64,000 nucleotides of DNA from Camelus dromedarius. Lineage: Eukaryota. Made by a program: the position numbers and the translations under genes. The notes under the pieces are model-generated. The model was not told the DNA's origin. It saw only the letters and a program-made list of their open reading frames with translations, and did not search any database. Location: NCBI RefSeq assembly GCF_036321535.1, contig NC_087437.1:53570001-53634000 (forward strand). The letters run 5' to 3'. Positions 35,600 to 47,340 of this stretch are shown here, one piece after another (the first letter of the stretch is position 1; each line of letters opens with the position of its first letter).

Positions 35600-36100
35600 G
35601 ATGTTGCACTGAAATTATTGGCCAGGCAGAGGGAGGGACGCGTACTCTCCACCATCTGCAATCAGCTCTAGGCTTTGGCAAGCCTGGATGCAGGATCTGG
35701 GAAGAGAGGAGATTGGTGTGCTGTTTGCAGTGCGAAGATTCGACAGGCGGAATTGGGGTAAGGGGGCGCTGAAGGGGGCAGAGTTCGGGAGTAGAAGTTC
35801 ATCAGGTAGCATACAGCTTCGGGGTGCATCTGTGAATGGCAGGGTGTTGCTCGGAGGCTTGGGGGTGAGGTGAGCATGTAGGCTTGGAGGCTAGACTGAG
35901 GCGCTTGGTGGGGCAAACGTGGGAGATGCTATTTTAAGTCTCCGAGGAGGGGCGTGACTATGCAGAGTGGACTTGGGCGAGAAATCTCGCGTGAGCTGAG
36001 AGACGGGCCGTGGGCGCAGGTTCGGAGGGCTTGATGCGGGCAGGGGCAGTGGGGCAAGGAAAGAAGCGGATGGGAGAGAAGATTCTGCCAGACAGGGGAG
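35600..36100 (+). promoter_or_regulatory. CpG-enriched candidate alternative promoter / first exon
   Basis: About 12 CpG counted in 35881-36060; reverse CCAAT (gattgg, 35711-35716); donor GGG|gtaagg at 35757/35758; GCGAGA-AA-TCTCGC inverted repeat at 35977-35990. Confidence 0.4.
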
Positions 36101-36285
36101 AAAATCTCTGTCCCAGAGTCTTCTCCCGGGGTCCGTACCCGCCTTGTCCGTCTACCTATTGCCCTTCAACCAAGCCCTCAAACTCTGCCTGTCTGCAAAG
36201 CCAGACTCCACAGCCCCCTGCACCACGGCGTGCTTCCCCTTTGCCTGGCATGCGTTTCTCTCCCCGCCCCTCTCCTCTTGCCCAG

Positions 36286-36395
36286 GAGGGAGGAGAGACG
36301 CCAGAAAGAAGTGGAACACTGTCCCCGTGGAAGGCACTGCCAGAGAAGGCAGTGGTGAGAGATTTCCAGCGAGGGAGATGCCAAATGCAGAGGAG
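36286..36395 (+). other. Candidate internal exon, 110 nt
   Basis: Acceptor tttctctccccgcccctctcctcttgcccag|, purine-rich body, consensus donor GAG|gtgagt. Confidence 0.5.
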
Positions 36396-37014
36396 GTGAG
36401 TGAGTATGGGCACTGAAGAAGGGCTGGTACCTGCGTGAGGCAGGTGAGGTGCCTCGGGGGCAAAATTTAAGGAGGCACCAGGTGCCAACCCTGTGCTTGC
36501 AGAACCCTGAGAGCAAGGGTCCTAGACTAGGTTCCCGGGGAGAACTGGTAATTGGGAGGATGCTGGGGACTTTGGAGAAAGCATTAACTTTCAAAAGGTT
36601 AAGGACCGAGTGTGGAAGTGTTTTTTCAGAAGAAAGCCTTCTTTAGGAAGCTTCCTGAAGCTGCGTGGGGGCCCACCCGGCTGTTTCCTCCCCATCCCAA
36701 GATAGCCCCTCATGATCTCCACGGACTCTCAAGGGTTTCTGGAGCACAGTGTGGAGACCACTGATTAGATCTAAGCCCCCATTTTAGAGAATTCTGAGAC
36801 CCAGGAAAGTACGTGACCTGTCCAAGGCCACGTGGGGCAGAGAGGGCGGCTCGTGACCTTAGCGGTCTTCCTTTCCTTTAATTTATCACCTTCAGTTGTT
36901 TCACATTCTCTTCTCATTGTTCCTCTCAATCTCTCCCTGCTTCTGCAACAATAATTGGCAACAGCTGGTACTCAAGTTCTCTTCTACATTAGACGACCGA
37001 GGTCTAATTCTGAG

Positions 37015-37200
37015 AAGTCCGTTTATTGATTGCCTGCTACCTACTGAGCGTTCTTTTTTAGGGGTTTTCCATGCATTATTTTATTCTTATAACAACCTGT
37101 CAAAGTACTGGTCATAATTCCATTCTCCTGACGAGAAGGCTGAGGCTCTGAGAGAACGGGTGGCTGGCTTCGATTTGCATAGTTACTAACAGGGTGAAGG
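37015..37200 (-). mobile_element. MIR SINE
   Basis: tttattgattgcctgcta...ttattcttataacaacctgt...gaggctctgagaga. Confidence 0.65.
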
Positions 37201-38129
37201 CCGTGCTCTCCCTCCGCCACCTGTGTCTTCAGTCATTCATACACTGGGTGCCTTGATGCCGGGCACTGGTTTTGGTGCTGATACAGTACAAGCAAAGGAG
37301 ACAAAGGTCCTGCTGAGACCTGCTTGTCCGCTTGTCATCCTCCTTGCGCAGGGGTGGGCTTGCTCTTCCTAAGGCGTCCCTCCTGTCGCAAGTGTGTCTG
37401 GGCTGCCTGTGGCAGCTGCCGTGTTTGGGGGCTGTTGCTGAGATGCAGTCCAGAACCGAGTTCACTCCTCAGCCAGCAAGGCTCATGGACTCCTTTCTCT
37501 GTGCATCTGCATCCCTGAAACATTCCACTGAAACCACTCATAGGCAGTTTATTCTGCAAGAAAGTTTCCCCTACATTTCTTAGCTTTTGTGTCTCAACTG
37601 TTTCCTTTGGCTACCACCCCTGAGCAGAACTCTGGCTCAGCCACATAATTTAGCCCTGATAAAGGCAAGTTATTTTGGCCTCCTCTGCCCTTAGTCCCAG
37701 GGAGAATTTGGACTCGGTGTTTTTACTTGTCACTTTAGAATGTTTGCCAGAGTTTGTGGAAAAAGGCGTGGTATTATTAATGCCCTTGCCGGGAATGGCT
37801 GTGCCCTGCCAGGTTGTCATGTGAGCCCTGGGCTGCAGGGCCCTGAGCTCTCCTGGGCCAAGGGGCTCCAGTGGGAAATGTAATCCTATCCTATGGAAAC
37901 TGCAAACAGCCAACGACGGCAGAGAGAGACTTGGACAGGACGTATCAGAGTCTCACTCCGAAATTCACAACCTCCCAGTGAGTGTCTCATGGGGCTGATT
38001 CCAACCCGGTGCTTCAGTGGGACCTGATGTTTTTGAAAGTCTCTTAGCCTGATGGCCTCCTCCCCTGTAAGACAAAAATGAGCATATTAAAGTCAGTTTA
38101 GTAATATCTAGAGATCCATCTTGCAGTGA

Positions 38130-38345
38130 ACACTATGCTGGCCACTTGAAATAAGTGATGTAGTTTGATTCCTCGGGACAAGTCTTTGAGGCAGGGTTTG
38201 TAATCTCCTTGCTGTGGATGAGAAAACAGCCTCTGAGAGGTCAAATGAATGACACAAGGTCATGCAGGTAGTAAAGAGTAGAGGTGGGATTCGAAACCAG
38301 GTCTACGTGGCCAAAAGCGCATGTTCCTTTCAGGACACTGAGCTA
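38130..38345 (-). mobile_element. MIR SINE
   Basis: ggatgagaaaacagcctctgagaggtcaaatga...caaggtcatgcaggtagtaa...gggattcgaaaccaggtct. Confidence 0.8.
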
Positions 38346-38669
38346 GCAGATACAGAATATTTCCCCACTCTCCTCTGGTTTATCCCTGCAGTTGGTCCCA
38401 GCTCCTTTGTCTCTCATCTTTTTCTCTTCCCATCGCTCTGAAAACATCTTCTGGAACTTGGTATTCCAGTGGGGACTTGACTAGAGTTCAGTGTCAGTTG
38501 GGTCGAGGGTTTGTGGGGTAGATAGTGGGGCTGGAGGCCAGTGCAGGGCTGAGGAGAAATGGTCCCTGGTGCCTTCTTCTCTGTCAACTGAAGTGGCCTC
38601 TCTCCACCACTTCATGCCCCATCAAAGCTCCTTTTTAGTGTCTGGAGCTCAACTATGAGTTTAGAGAAA

Positions 38670-39145
38670 ATAATCTAACAACATCACTTGCTTGCTTAGG
38701 AAACCTCCATCAATCCTAGTTTCTTTCAGGATAAACTGGGGCAAGATACACTTACGTCTGGAGCAGATAATTCTGTTGAATCTCATTTCCCATCACTGCA
38801 GCTCTCATGCCCTCACCCTTCACAGCCTCTCACCGTTCCTTGAGCACACAGTCCCGCTTTCATGACTGAGCCTTTGCATTGCTATTTTTTCTGTTGGGGA
38901 TACTTTTCTCTGCCTCGTAAACTCCTATTCATCCTTCAAAACCCAGGATGAACATGATTGTTTCTGACTTCCCCTAGCAGAGTTAGCACCACCCCAGCCT
39001 TTGGTTCTTAATACCCTACATGACTTTTCCACCTATCAATTTATGTGTCTTCCCTTTTCACTAAAGCCTCAGTAATAGGGACTGAACCCTATTTATTTCT
39101 GTATCACCTGTACTTGGGGCATATTTGTGTGAACAAATGAATGGG
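38670..39145 (+). mobile_element. L2 3' fragment
   Basis: gagcctttgcattgct...aaactcctattcatccttcaaaaccca...tatttgtgtgaacaaatgaatg. Confidence 0.7.
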
Positions 39146-39269
39146 GGCTCACTAATAAAAAACTATTACTTAAGTATGAGTCACAGGTGGCCCCACTTTA
39201 ACTGAAATGCAAGTCACAGGATTCAGAGAAAGAGACCTGATAGGCTTAGGCCGTGGGGTTGTTGATTGT

Positions 39270-39716
39270 TGACAGGTGAGCCGGGCAGTGTGGCGAGAGC
39301 ATTACTGCGAATGAGCCCCACTGCGGAGAGTGAGAGAAAGAGAGAGACCGACCGAGACTGAGACTGAGACTGAGACCCAGAGGAGTGAAGTGATAAGGCC
39401 TTGTGGCTGGGGAGTGAAGCACTGCTTGCCCGGCTCCCCAGGCCAGCTGCTCAGACTCTCTCAGCAGCCTGCTTCCCAGGGGAGGAGCTCCTTAGGGCGG
39501 GGCTGGGTGCAGACCTAGAGAAAGAGTGGCCGTTCTGAACAGTCCCAAAAGGAAGGGGAGGGGGTAGCATGCAGGGAAGGAGTAGAAGCAGAGGCAGGGG
39601 GAAGTCCAAGGCAACCTTTCTTTTCATAATGTGGTGCTGGGGGCGTCTTGCTGGCCGGGGCGCCTACGCAGTGGTGGCTCCTGAAGATGCAACGTGAGCT
39701 GCGTCCAGGCGTGAGT
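39270..39716 (+). promoter_or_regulatory. Candidate second alternative promoter / first exon
   Basis: (GAGACT)x3.8 at 39354-39376, TGATAA at 39391-39396, GC box GGGCGGGGC at 39495-39503, CpG patch 39640-39711, ATG at 39687 and donor GGC|gtgagt at 39710/39711. Confidence 0.3.
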
Positions 39717-39799
39717 TTGGAGCCAGGACCTGGGTAGGTAGGTCATTCTGTGCCACTGGGCCTCCTGCCCATTTAATTCCTCCTTCTGTTGCTGCTGGA

Positions 39800-40100
39800 T
39801 ACAGGCGCTTAGACTTTAGAGATGGTCACGTCTGAGTTTAAATCCTCGTCTCAGGCACTTCAGTTGCGAACTGTGTGGCATTGAGCAAGAATGACAGGGT
39901 TGCTATTTTTATGGAGTCGTTAGGATCAGTGATGATGACACTGTTGATGGGCTTTGTGCCAAGTGGCTTATGGCATTTCATTTACTCCTCTGAATACCCT
40001 ATAGGTGGATGCTCTTATCATTCTGAAGTCACAGATAATGTAACTGAGGTTCAATTTTACAGGTAGTGGACCCAGCTTTGCCACACCTAATCCACTAGGC
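39800..40100. mobile_element. Two adjacent MIR fragments in opposite orientation (+ ~39800-39930, - ~39940-40100)
   Basis: agactttagag...ctgagtttaaatcct...tgtgtggcattgagcaag, then catttactcctctgaataccctataggtggat...acagataatgtaactgaggttca. Confidence 0.6.
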
Positions 40101-40124
40101 CACCAGCCTCCAGTTTGCCTTATC

Positions 40125-40245
40125 TTAATCACCTGGGGCTCTTGTTAAGCGTCTGATTCAGCCCAGTTGGTGTAGGGTCTGGGGAGCAGTGGCTAAAACA
40201 GGTACCCAGAATGATATTAAGATCTGGCAAGTTCAGGAAACACTA
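40125..40245. mobile_element. MER5-like hAT fragment
   Basis: aatcacctggggctcttgttaa...ctgattcag...caagttcaggaaacact. Confidence 0.5.
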
Positions 40246-40385
40246 TATTGTGCTTTCCTGCCTGTAAGGTGTGACTCATGGCTGGCCCTCAGTAAACATT
40301 AGCTGTGAGTGTGATGACATGAATTGATTAAAAGGATACCTTATCATGCAAAGAATTTTCCATCTTTTAAGAATTCAGTAGTCTT

Positions 40386-40450
40386 GGGGTAGGGTATAGT
40401 TTTCAGTGTTCCCTGGGTTCAATTCCCAGCACCTCCATTAAAAAAAAATA
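40386..40450 (+). mobile_element. Internally deleted Vic-1-like SINE
   Basis: ggggtagggtatagttttcagtg joined to ccctgggttcaattcccagcacctcca plus A tail; anticodon arm missing. Confidence 0.8.
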
Positions 40451-41254
40451 AAGGATTCATTAATCCTAGAACTAGGTCTTAAAGGTAGAAGTCAAAGGAA
40501 GTAGACTCTGGATCAGTGAGTCTACGTTCTAAAACTGTAAACTCAGAACTCTCTGCAGATGGAGTGAACTGCCTTCAAAGATCCCTGTTTCTTGTGTTCA
40601 GAGCAGTCGGTGACACCACGTATCGGGTGTGCTTCAAGCCCGGTCTGGGTCTGCCCTCCTCACGCACACACCGAGGAGGACTTGGGCATGTGAAGGTTCC
40701 CGTGGAGGTGGCATTGGGCAGCTATGCAAAGTCAGAAAGGATCCCAACTCTGGGAGGGAAAGCAGGAGGGAGGGGTGGCAGAGGCTAAAGTGAATAGGTA
40801 TTTTGGGGCCATCGCTCTCTGCGTCGTGTCCTGGGCAACCTGGGCTGGTCTGCTTGGTCGCTTCCGAGCCTCTAGACTCCCAGTCCTGCGACCAGGACAC
40901 TGAGCGCTTCGTGTTTCTCAGGGGCTGAAATGTGGGGAGGGCAGATGTCTTTCTGTCTCATACCAGTATCCCCAGGTCATCTTGTCCTTGTAAGTTCTCA
41001 AGGCCCATCCTGGGAGCACATATGTGACAAGAGGGGAGTCTTGTCCCATCAGAGCCCAGAGGAAAGGCCTGGCCCCTACCCTGGTCCATTGACCTTCTGT
41101 TTCCAATCTCAACCTTGATGATAAAACTCAGCATCAGCTTTCTTGGAGACTAAGAGCAGTCGATAAGACTCTGCTGAAAGCTGAAGGAATCCTACTGAGT
41201 GATTGCCTTGGATGCTTCTGTTTCTAAAAAAACACGATAATAGTTGTCATCTTG

Positions 41255-41460
41255 AATACTGATCGTGGGCTGGGTGCTTCCTTTCCCCATTTAATTCTCC
41301 CCAGGACCTGTTAATATAGGGAAGAACACTATCCCTGTTGTACAGATGAATAAACCGAGGCCACCAAAATTCAGCCAAGTTGCCCTAGGTGACAGAGCTA
41401 GCAAGCAGTGTAGTTGGACTTCAAACCTAGCTCTACATGACTCACAAGTTAGAACTTCTT
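41255..41460 (-). mobile_element. MIR SINE
   Basis: catttaattctcc...tacagatgaataaaccgaggc...gttgccctaggtgacagagctagcaag. Confidence 0.75.
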
Positions 41461-42299
41461 ATGCCTGTATAATTTTGCCTTGTTGGAATAACAGAAAGTT
41501 TGGCTTCTCTTGATGAGGAAGAAACTTAGGGATTTGTTACCCGAGTGCTAGAGGGTAAAGCTGTGGACAGAGCAGCCCAGGGATGGCAGATCTCAACGTT
41601 CATGTTTGAAGTCTTCCCTAACCTTTATGAATGTGGACTACTGGGACCTTTCTTGAGTCATCTTCTGGTGACTGCAGCACAGATAGATTTCTGGCTACTA
41701 GTGACTCTCAGCGACACTCCATTAGTGCTAAGGATGGTGGCCAGCTACGTGGGGGAATGCGTGCCTGCGAGCGGCTGGGCTCTGTGGCATACATGTTGAG
41801 AGCCAGGAATTTGTTCGACAAGGAGTGAAAACAGGTGGGAAGATGCAGTGGGAGGAAGGGAGCAGGAGCTGCACATCATTAAATCAACCTCGCTCTTGAG
41901 AGCAGAGGCCACCTGTGTGTATTACCTTGGACAAGACATCTGAGCCCCCGTCTCTGTCTGCCAACACAAAGAGATTGCCCCTTCTGATGGACAGGTCTGT
42001 TGAGTTAGAAAAACAAAAATCGTCCAAGAGTGGTGAAGGCAGTTGAGGGCTTGCTTTATTTCCCATAACTGAACAGATCTTATTTTTTGATTTTACATCA
42101 TTCAAGTAGTCCAGTTAAGATGGAGAGTCCTCCACCACACTCTCCTTTCTGATTGCTTATCTGCCATCCTTTCTTCCAGCACTCAAGCCTCCGGTTTGAG
42201 CTGGGCACTCTTACTGCCATTTCTCCTCTCTGCTATCCCTGACCACTGATGAAGCCCCCAGTGGCCTGCCTCACTTCTCCATCTTCTATTAAAGAATCC

Positions 42300-42385
42300 T
42301 TTTTTTCAATGGAGGTGCTAGGGATTGAACCCAGGACCTTGTGCATGCTAAGCACACACTCTACCACTGAGCTCCACCCTCCCCC
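42300..42385 (-). mobile_element. Vic-1-like SINE (short form)
   Basis: Poly-T then aatggaggtgctagggattgaacccaggaccttgtgcatgctaagcacacactctaccactgagctccaccctcccc. Confidence 0.92.
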
Positions 42386-42694
42386 CACATCTCTTCCTTC
42401 TTGAGCTTCGGGTTGTAGATAACCATTCCAATAACAGTACCTGTCTTATATTTCTAGCCAAGATGATAATCTTTTTCTTGGGGCTTCTTGTGTTAAACAT
42501 GGTCAATAGCTTGTTCTTTCATTAGCCTGATCTCATTACATTTAATTAGCTGTTTTGTTTTCTGCCTCAGGTGCACTAAGTTGGTCTCAAAACTCTTTGA
42601 GGGTAGGAACTGTGGTTTATTAGAGGTAGTAATGGTTGTAGTTGAATTTCAGTATCTAGCAGGTAATAGGTAGCCAATAAAATTATTTCTTCCT

Positions 42695-43140
42695 TTGTTC
42701 ACCTGATGTTTATTGGAGACTTAACCATGGTCTGGCCGCTGGATACAAAGGCACTAGGGCTGTGGAGCTAATTATTACTTGGTGATTGAAATGCTTACAG
42801 TTTTAAGGGAAGACAGACATGTAAGCAAATACAAATTATATTTTAATTTTATTTGAGCTATAATTGAGGTTTAAGTAAAATTTATTGGGTGCTCAGATGA
42901 GAAATAATGATACAAGAGAGGTGGAGACAAATTTAAGAAATGTTCTGAGAGTAGAAATGATAACTTTGTTTCATGTTGAGTTTGATTCAATATCTTTTAA
43001 GGGCTTGTTCTGGGGGGCAATGAGGTACCAGGATGAACATGTGATCCAGGAGCACCCTGGATGAAGGATGAGTTGAATATGAGGTAAGAAAGAAGGAAAA
43101 ATTGAAGATACCACTTAGCAAGATAGTAAGTGATGGAGAG
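42695..43140 (-). mobile_element. L2 fragments
   Basis: tttattggagactta...gcttacagttttaagggaagacagacatgtaagcaaat...gagagagtggagacaaatttaaga-like segments. Confidence 0.5.
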
Positions 43141-43164
43141 GGTGAGGGAGAGGATTGTAATTAC

Positions 43165-43365
43165 TAACATATTGGGTGCTTATGTGCAAGGTAGTTGACA
43201 TGAATTGCCTCTTTTCCCCTGATTATTACTCTGACAAGTAGGAGCTGTTATTCTCCGTTTTACCGGTGCGGAAACCTGATCAGAGCAGTTGAGTAGCCTG
43301 CTAAGGTAATACAGCTGAGAAGTGGTAGAGTCAGGCTTAAACCCAGGAACTCTTGCTCCAGAGTA
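43165..43365 (-). mobile_element. MIR SINE
   Basis: actaacatattgggtgcttatgtgcaagg...ctccgttttaccggtgcggaaac...ctaaggtaatacagctgagaagtggtagagtcaggcttaaacccagg. Confidence 0.8.
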
Positions 43366-43469
43366 AACACCCATGTGGTGGGGTAGAGAAAAACTCAACC
43401 AGCTGATCAAGGACCTGCAAAGGGCCCTCCGTGTTGATAACTCCCACAGTTACACCTCCAGCCTGGGCC

Positions 43470-43830
43470 TTCCTCCTGTGTTAAATGCTCTTCCTGGGAG
43501 ATTGTAGGGCTTGCTCCTTTGCCACCTTTGATTCTTTGCTCAGATGTCCACTTCTCAATGACGCCTGTTGTGACTGCCCTTTTAAAAATGGAAACCTGCC
43601 TCAGCCCAGCACTTCTGGTCCTCCTCTTCCCATACTCTGCTCTGCTTTGTTTCCTCCAGCACTTAGTATCTTCTGCGATACTAAGTAATTTGCTTATGAC
43701 GTTTATGGTTTTTCGTTTCTCTGCTAGAATGTAAAGCTCTAAGGGCAGCGATCTTCATCTGGTTAAGTGTCTTGAGCATTAAGAATTATGCTGAGCACAT
43801 AGTGGTTAATGCATTTAAAAAAATGAGTAA
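43470..43830 (+). mobile_element. L2 3' fragment
   Basis: tttgctcagatgtccacttctcaatga...ctagaatgtaaagctctaagggcagcgatc...gcacatagtggtt. Confidence 0.75.
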
Positions 43831-43844
43831 ATGTAGAGTGTCAA

Positions 43845-44290
43845 GTTTCTCTACAGGTGTCTGGTTTAAATTCTTTTAAAAGATGTGATCTGGGGGAGGT
43901 GCCAGAGGGCCCTGGCCACATGGCTGCAGGACCATCTGTGTGTGAGGGGGTACTGAGGGAGGGGAGGCCCTGAGGCTGAGGCTGGACCCCTGGAGGGGCG
44001 GGCATTTCAGGGCTGGCACCAGAGGAGCTGAGACAGGGAGGGAGGAGGGGGGACCTGGGAGGCGGCCTGTCAGGGAGTTTGAAGAAAAAGAACCAGAAAG
44101 GCCTCACTGAGGTAGGCACCACAGAGGAGTCTTTAGATTTTGCAATTAAAAACGCAATTTCAGTGGAATGATGTGGGCTGACTCCAAGTATTTGCAGAGC
44201 AAGTGGAAAGTGGGGAGGTGTAATCATCTCAAGAGGCCCTGCTGTGAGGAAGGAGAGATTAGGTTGTTGTTTGAGGAAGTGATTTGTTTG
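43845..44290 (-). mobile_element. L2 fragment
   Basis: ctttagattttgcaatt...caatttcagtggaatgatgtgggctgactccaag...ctgtgaggaaggagag. Confidence 0.5.
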
Positions 44291-44816
44291 AGGGATTTTT
44301 TTTTTCAGCTATAAAAAAAAAACCCGATCTTTTGGGTGTGGGTGGGTGAGGAGGGAGGGGGAAGTGACCGTAGGGGGTGGGGAAGTGACAAGTAAGCACA
44401 TAACATGCAGACCCTGCAAATGGAACATAGAGCAAATTATATCTGGTCCTTGCCAAGAGCTGCTACTGAGTCCAAGCCCCTCACTCCGTGCCTGGCGCAT
44501 AGTGGGCCCACCATGGGTATTCATTGATTGTAATATAAAATCCTGCAGAATTGAGTGACAGCTCACTGTATCAACAACAGCAACAAAGTAACAAGAGTGT
44601 CTGATGTAGGGAGGTTGCTTTTGGAGCCCCTGACTGTGGGCAAGTGGCACTTCTCTTAGTGACACACTCCTCAGTGTTTTGAGCAGCTATACATGGTTAT
44701 ATTTTGGTTTCCTCTGTACTGCACCATGGTGATGCTTTTAGGAGATAAATCTACAGCTGACTCACTTGGGTGACTAGAATGACATGTTACCCAAAAGGAT
44801 GTGAGGGATAGGATGG

Positions 44817-45172
44817 TGACTTAGTCTATTTGGGCTGCTGTAACAGAAGGCCAGACGGGGTGGCTTTTAAACAACAGACATTTATTTCTCAGGCTGGGAA
44901 GCCTGAGATCAGAGTACCAGCATGGTGGTGTTCTGATGAGGGCCCACTTCCTGGTTCACAGCTGGGGCCTTCTTGCTGTGTCTTCACTCCGTGGGAGAGG
45001 CAGTGGACCTCCCTGAGGCCCATTTTATAAGGGCACTAATTGCGTCCACGAGGGCTCCACCCTCATGACCTGATCACCTCCCAGAGGCCCCCACCTCCTA
45101 GTAATTTCATCTCTGGGGATTAGGATTTCAGCATGTGAACTTGTGGGGCACACAAACATTCAGACTATAGCA
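44817..45172 (-). mobile_element. Solo MaLR LTR, MLT1A-like
   Basis: TG...CA termini, 356 bp, 5-bp TSD GATGG/AATGG (4 of 5 match); gggctgctgtaacaga...aaacaacagacatttatttctca...ctccaccctcatgacctgatcacctcccagaggcccc...aaacattcagactatagca. Confidence 0.92.
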
Positions 45173-46091
45173 AATGGCGAGTCCAGTCCAGGGAAATAAA
45201 ACAAGTGAGCTGGCCAAGGGTGGCAGAAAGACCATTTGACTCTCGGTCAGAGGCTGGCGCTGTGCGAGCTGTATCTCATACCAAGATGCCTCTGGGAGTT
45301 GGATTTAAATAATCTGAGTTTGTTTCCTTTAAATTTTATAAATAGAATATGTTAGGAAAGGAAGAAATAAGAGGAACCATGACTTGCAAAATGCATCAAG
45401 AACCGAAGTCTTTTTTTTTTTCCCCCTTTAAAAAAATGATATGCAAAGAACACATGCTTAATTCCCCAAGGTGGCAAGTGATGTAAAGTTCACAGATGTC
45501 CAGGGCGAAGGCAGAACAATTAGACTCCTATTTCACGCCTGCCTTCTCTGAGAAGACATTGGCAGGCGCATAGGAAAGGATGAAAGGAAGGCCCTACTAT
45601 TTATGAAGTATCCTGTGCGCCTAGAGTTATGCTGAGCACGCGCGCGCTCCACTCGTCCCCGTTAGGTATAAAGCTCATCGTATCAGTGCTCAGTGTAACC
45701 TGCCCAAGGCCACCCAGCCAGCAACCGGGGGAGGGGATGGAGACCCATGGCTAAAGAGGGATGAATCTAAGAGATGTAGCTACTTGAAGTCAGCCAGAGT
45801 CCCCAGCGCCCAGCACAGCGTCCTGTTCTCAGGAAAATCTTGAGAAATATTTACTTACTAAAGGGATAGTTAGTTGGTTGAATGAATTACCAGGGCCCTG
45901 AGAAAACTTGCAGACGTTTTTGCTAAAGTGCTCTTGGAGCTCTTCAGCATCTTCCAGAGAGTGGAAGAAACCCAGGGAGAGGGAAACATTTAGGTTTTCA
46001 AAAGGGCTAATTACAGGCCATCAGCATCAGGCAATAACTAAGAAGACCTGCATAAAATGCGTGCACGTGGTAGGCTCAGTAAGTGATGACT

Positions 46092-46252
46092 AGGGCAGGG
46101 TGGAGCTCAGTGGTAGAGCATGTGCATAGCGCGCATGAGGTCCTGGGTTCAATTCCCAGGACGGTACTTCCATTAAGAATAAATAAATAAACTGAACTAC
46201 GCCCCCCAAACAAACAAACAAACAAAAATTTAAAAAAACCCAAAAAACAAAA
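46092..46252 (+). mobile_element. Vic-1-like SINE (long form) with 11-bp TSD
   Basis: agctcagtggtagagc...gaggtcctgggttcaattccc, (AAAT)n, C-run, (AAAC)n tail; TSD aagtgatgact (46081-46091) / aagtgataact (46253-46263). Confidence 0.92.
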
Positions 46253-46979
46253 AAGTGATAACTGTGGTGCTTAAAATAATTATTAAATAAATCCCCACTG
46301 CTTCTCCTCACCCTGGGACACAAGACTTAGAGTTCCATGACCTGACACTTGCAATTTGAGGCTCATATTGGAACGTACTGTAGCTTTTCTCTATTTATAA
46401 TGTCTTACTACATAAGATAATGTCTTTCCCAGTAACTATATTTTAAAGGCCATTCCAAGTATCCCCTCAATGGCCAGGCATTCTTGTGTGATATTGAAGC
46501 ATAGAGAATCTTTATGTCGATTATGATGAGAATTAACTTAGAACTCTTCTGTCAGGCAGTGAACTTACTTGTATCCTCAATAGCTGAGGATTTATATTCT
46601 CATGAACAAGATGGAAAGTGTGGAACCACTAACGATGGTTCAGTTGGCTTAAATGTAGTGCCTCTATAACTGTCACTAAAGAATGCTAATTTGTGTCTGT
46701 TGTGACGGTCCTTATCTCACTTGTGATTTAGAGCAGTACCTAGACAAGGCGTGCTGGTCATATGTATGGATGATTTAAAGCCAGGAGGAGGAGCACATGT
46801 TGCATGTGCCAGGGTCAAGGTTCTCTGTAAGCTTCACAGGCTGGAGGAGAGGCTGAGTGTAGAAAGAGAGAATGCACCAGGATAAACGGAGGATAAAATG
46901 TGAGCGCCAGATAGCAACAGCAGCCCAGCCAGACGTAGCTAGAGAACAGGACGTGTAAGAAAGGCCGGGGAGCTGGAGT

Positions 46980-47340
46980 TCAGCTGATCTCAGCATGAGG
47001 CTGCTAAAAACTCACCAGAAACTCTTCACATTTGCATGGTAGGGGTGTAGTCGGTCTCCTGTTCCATACTAGTCCGGCCACACCTGGACACTGCGGAGTT
47101 TTTAAGAGTGATGTGGACAAGTGGGAACAGGCCCAGAGGCAAGGGAACAGAAAGTGTAGGGGGTTCAGAAACCATGCTATTTAAGAAATGGTTCAAAGAT
47201 TGAGACTGTTTAGCTTAAAAAAGAGAGGGTCGAGGGGGGTTGGGGGGCCACAAGCATCTTTTGACTGAACATGTGGAAAGAACCAGTGGGTCTGACTGGT
47301 TCTTAAGAGCATGTTGACAATGAGGTAATTTAGTACAGGA
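46980..47340 (+). mobile_element. L3/CR1 LINE ORF2 3' fragment
   Basis: gtccggccacacctggacactg...tttaagagtgatgtggacaa...cccagagg...gaaaccatg...gtttagcttaaaaaagaga matches the CR1 RPHLEYC...QRRA coding region. Confidence 0.7.

Noticed and set aside
44332..44385. G-run cluster that could form a G-quadruplex (others near 13140 and 60826)
   Set aside because: Such clusters are common in GC-rich mammalian introns and there is no functional context here.
45802..45823. RE1/REST-like motif ccagcgcccagcacagcgtc
   Set aside because: It has mismatches in core positions and is explained by the ordinary L2 3' tail sequence.
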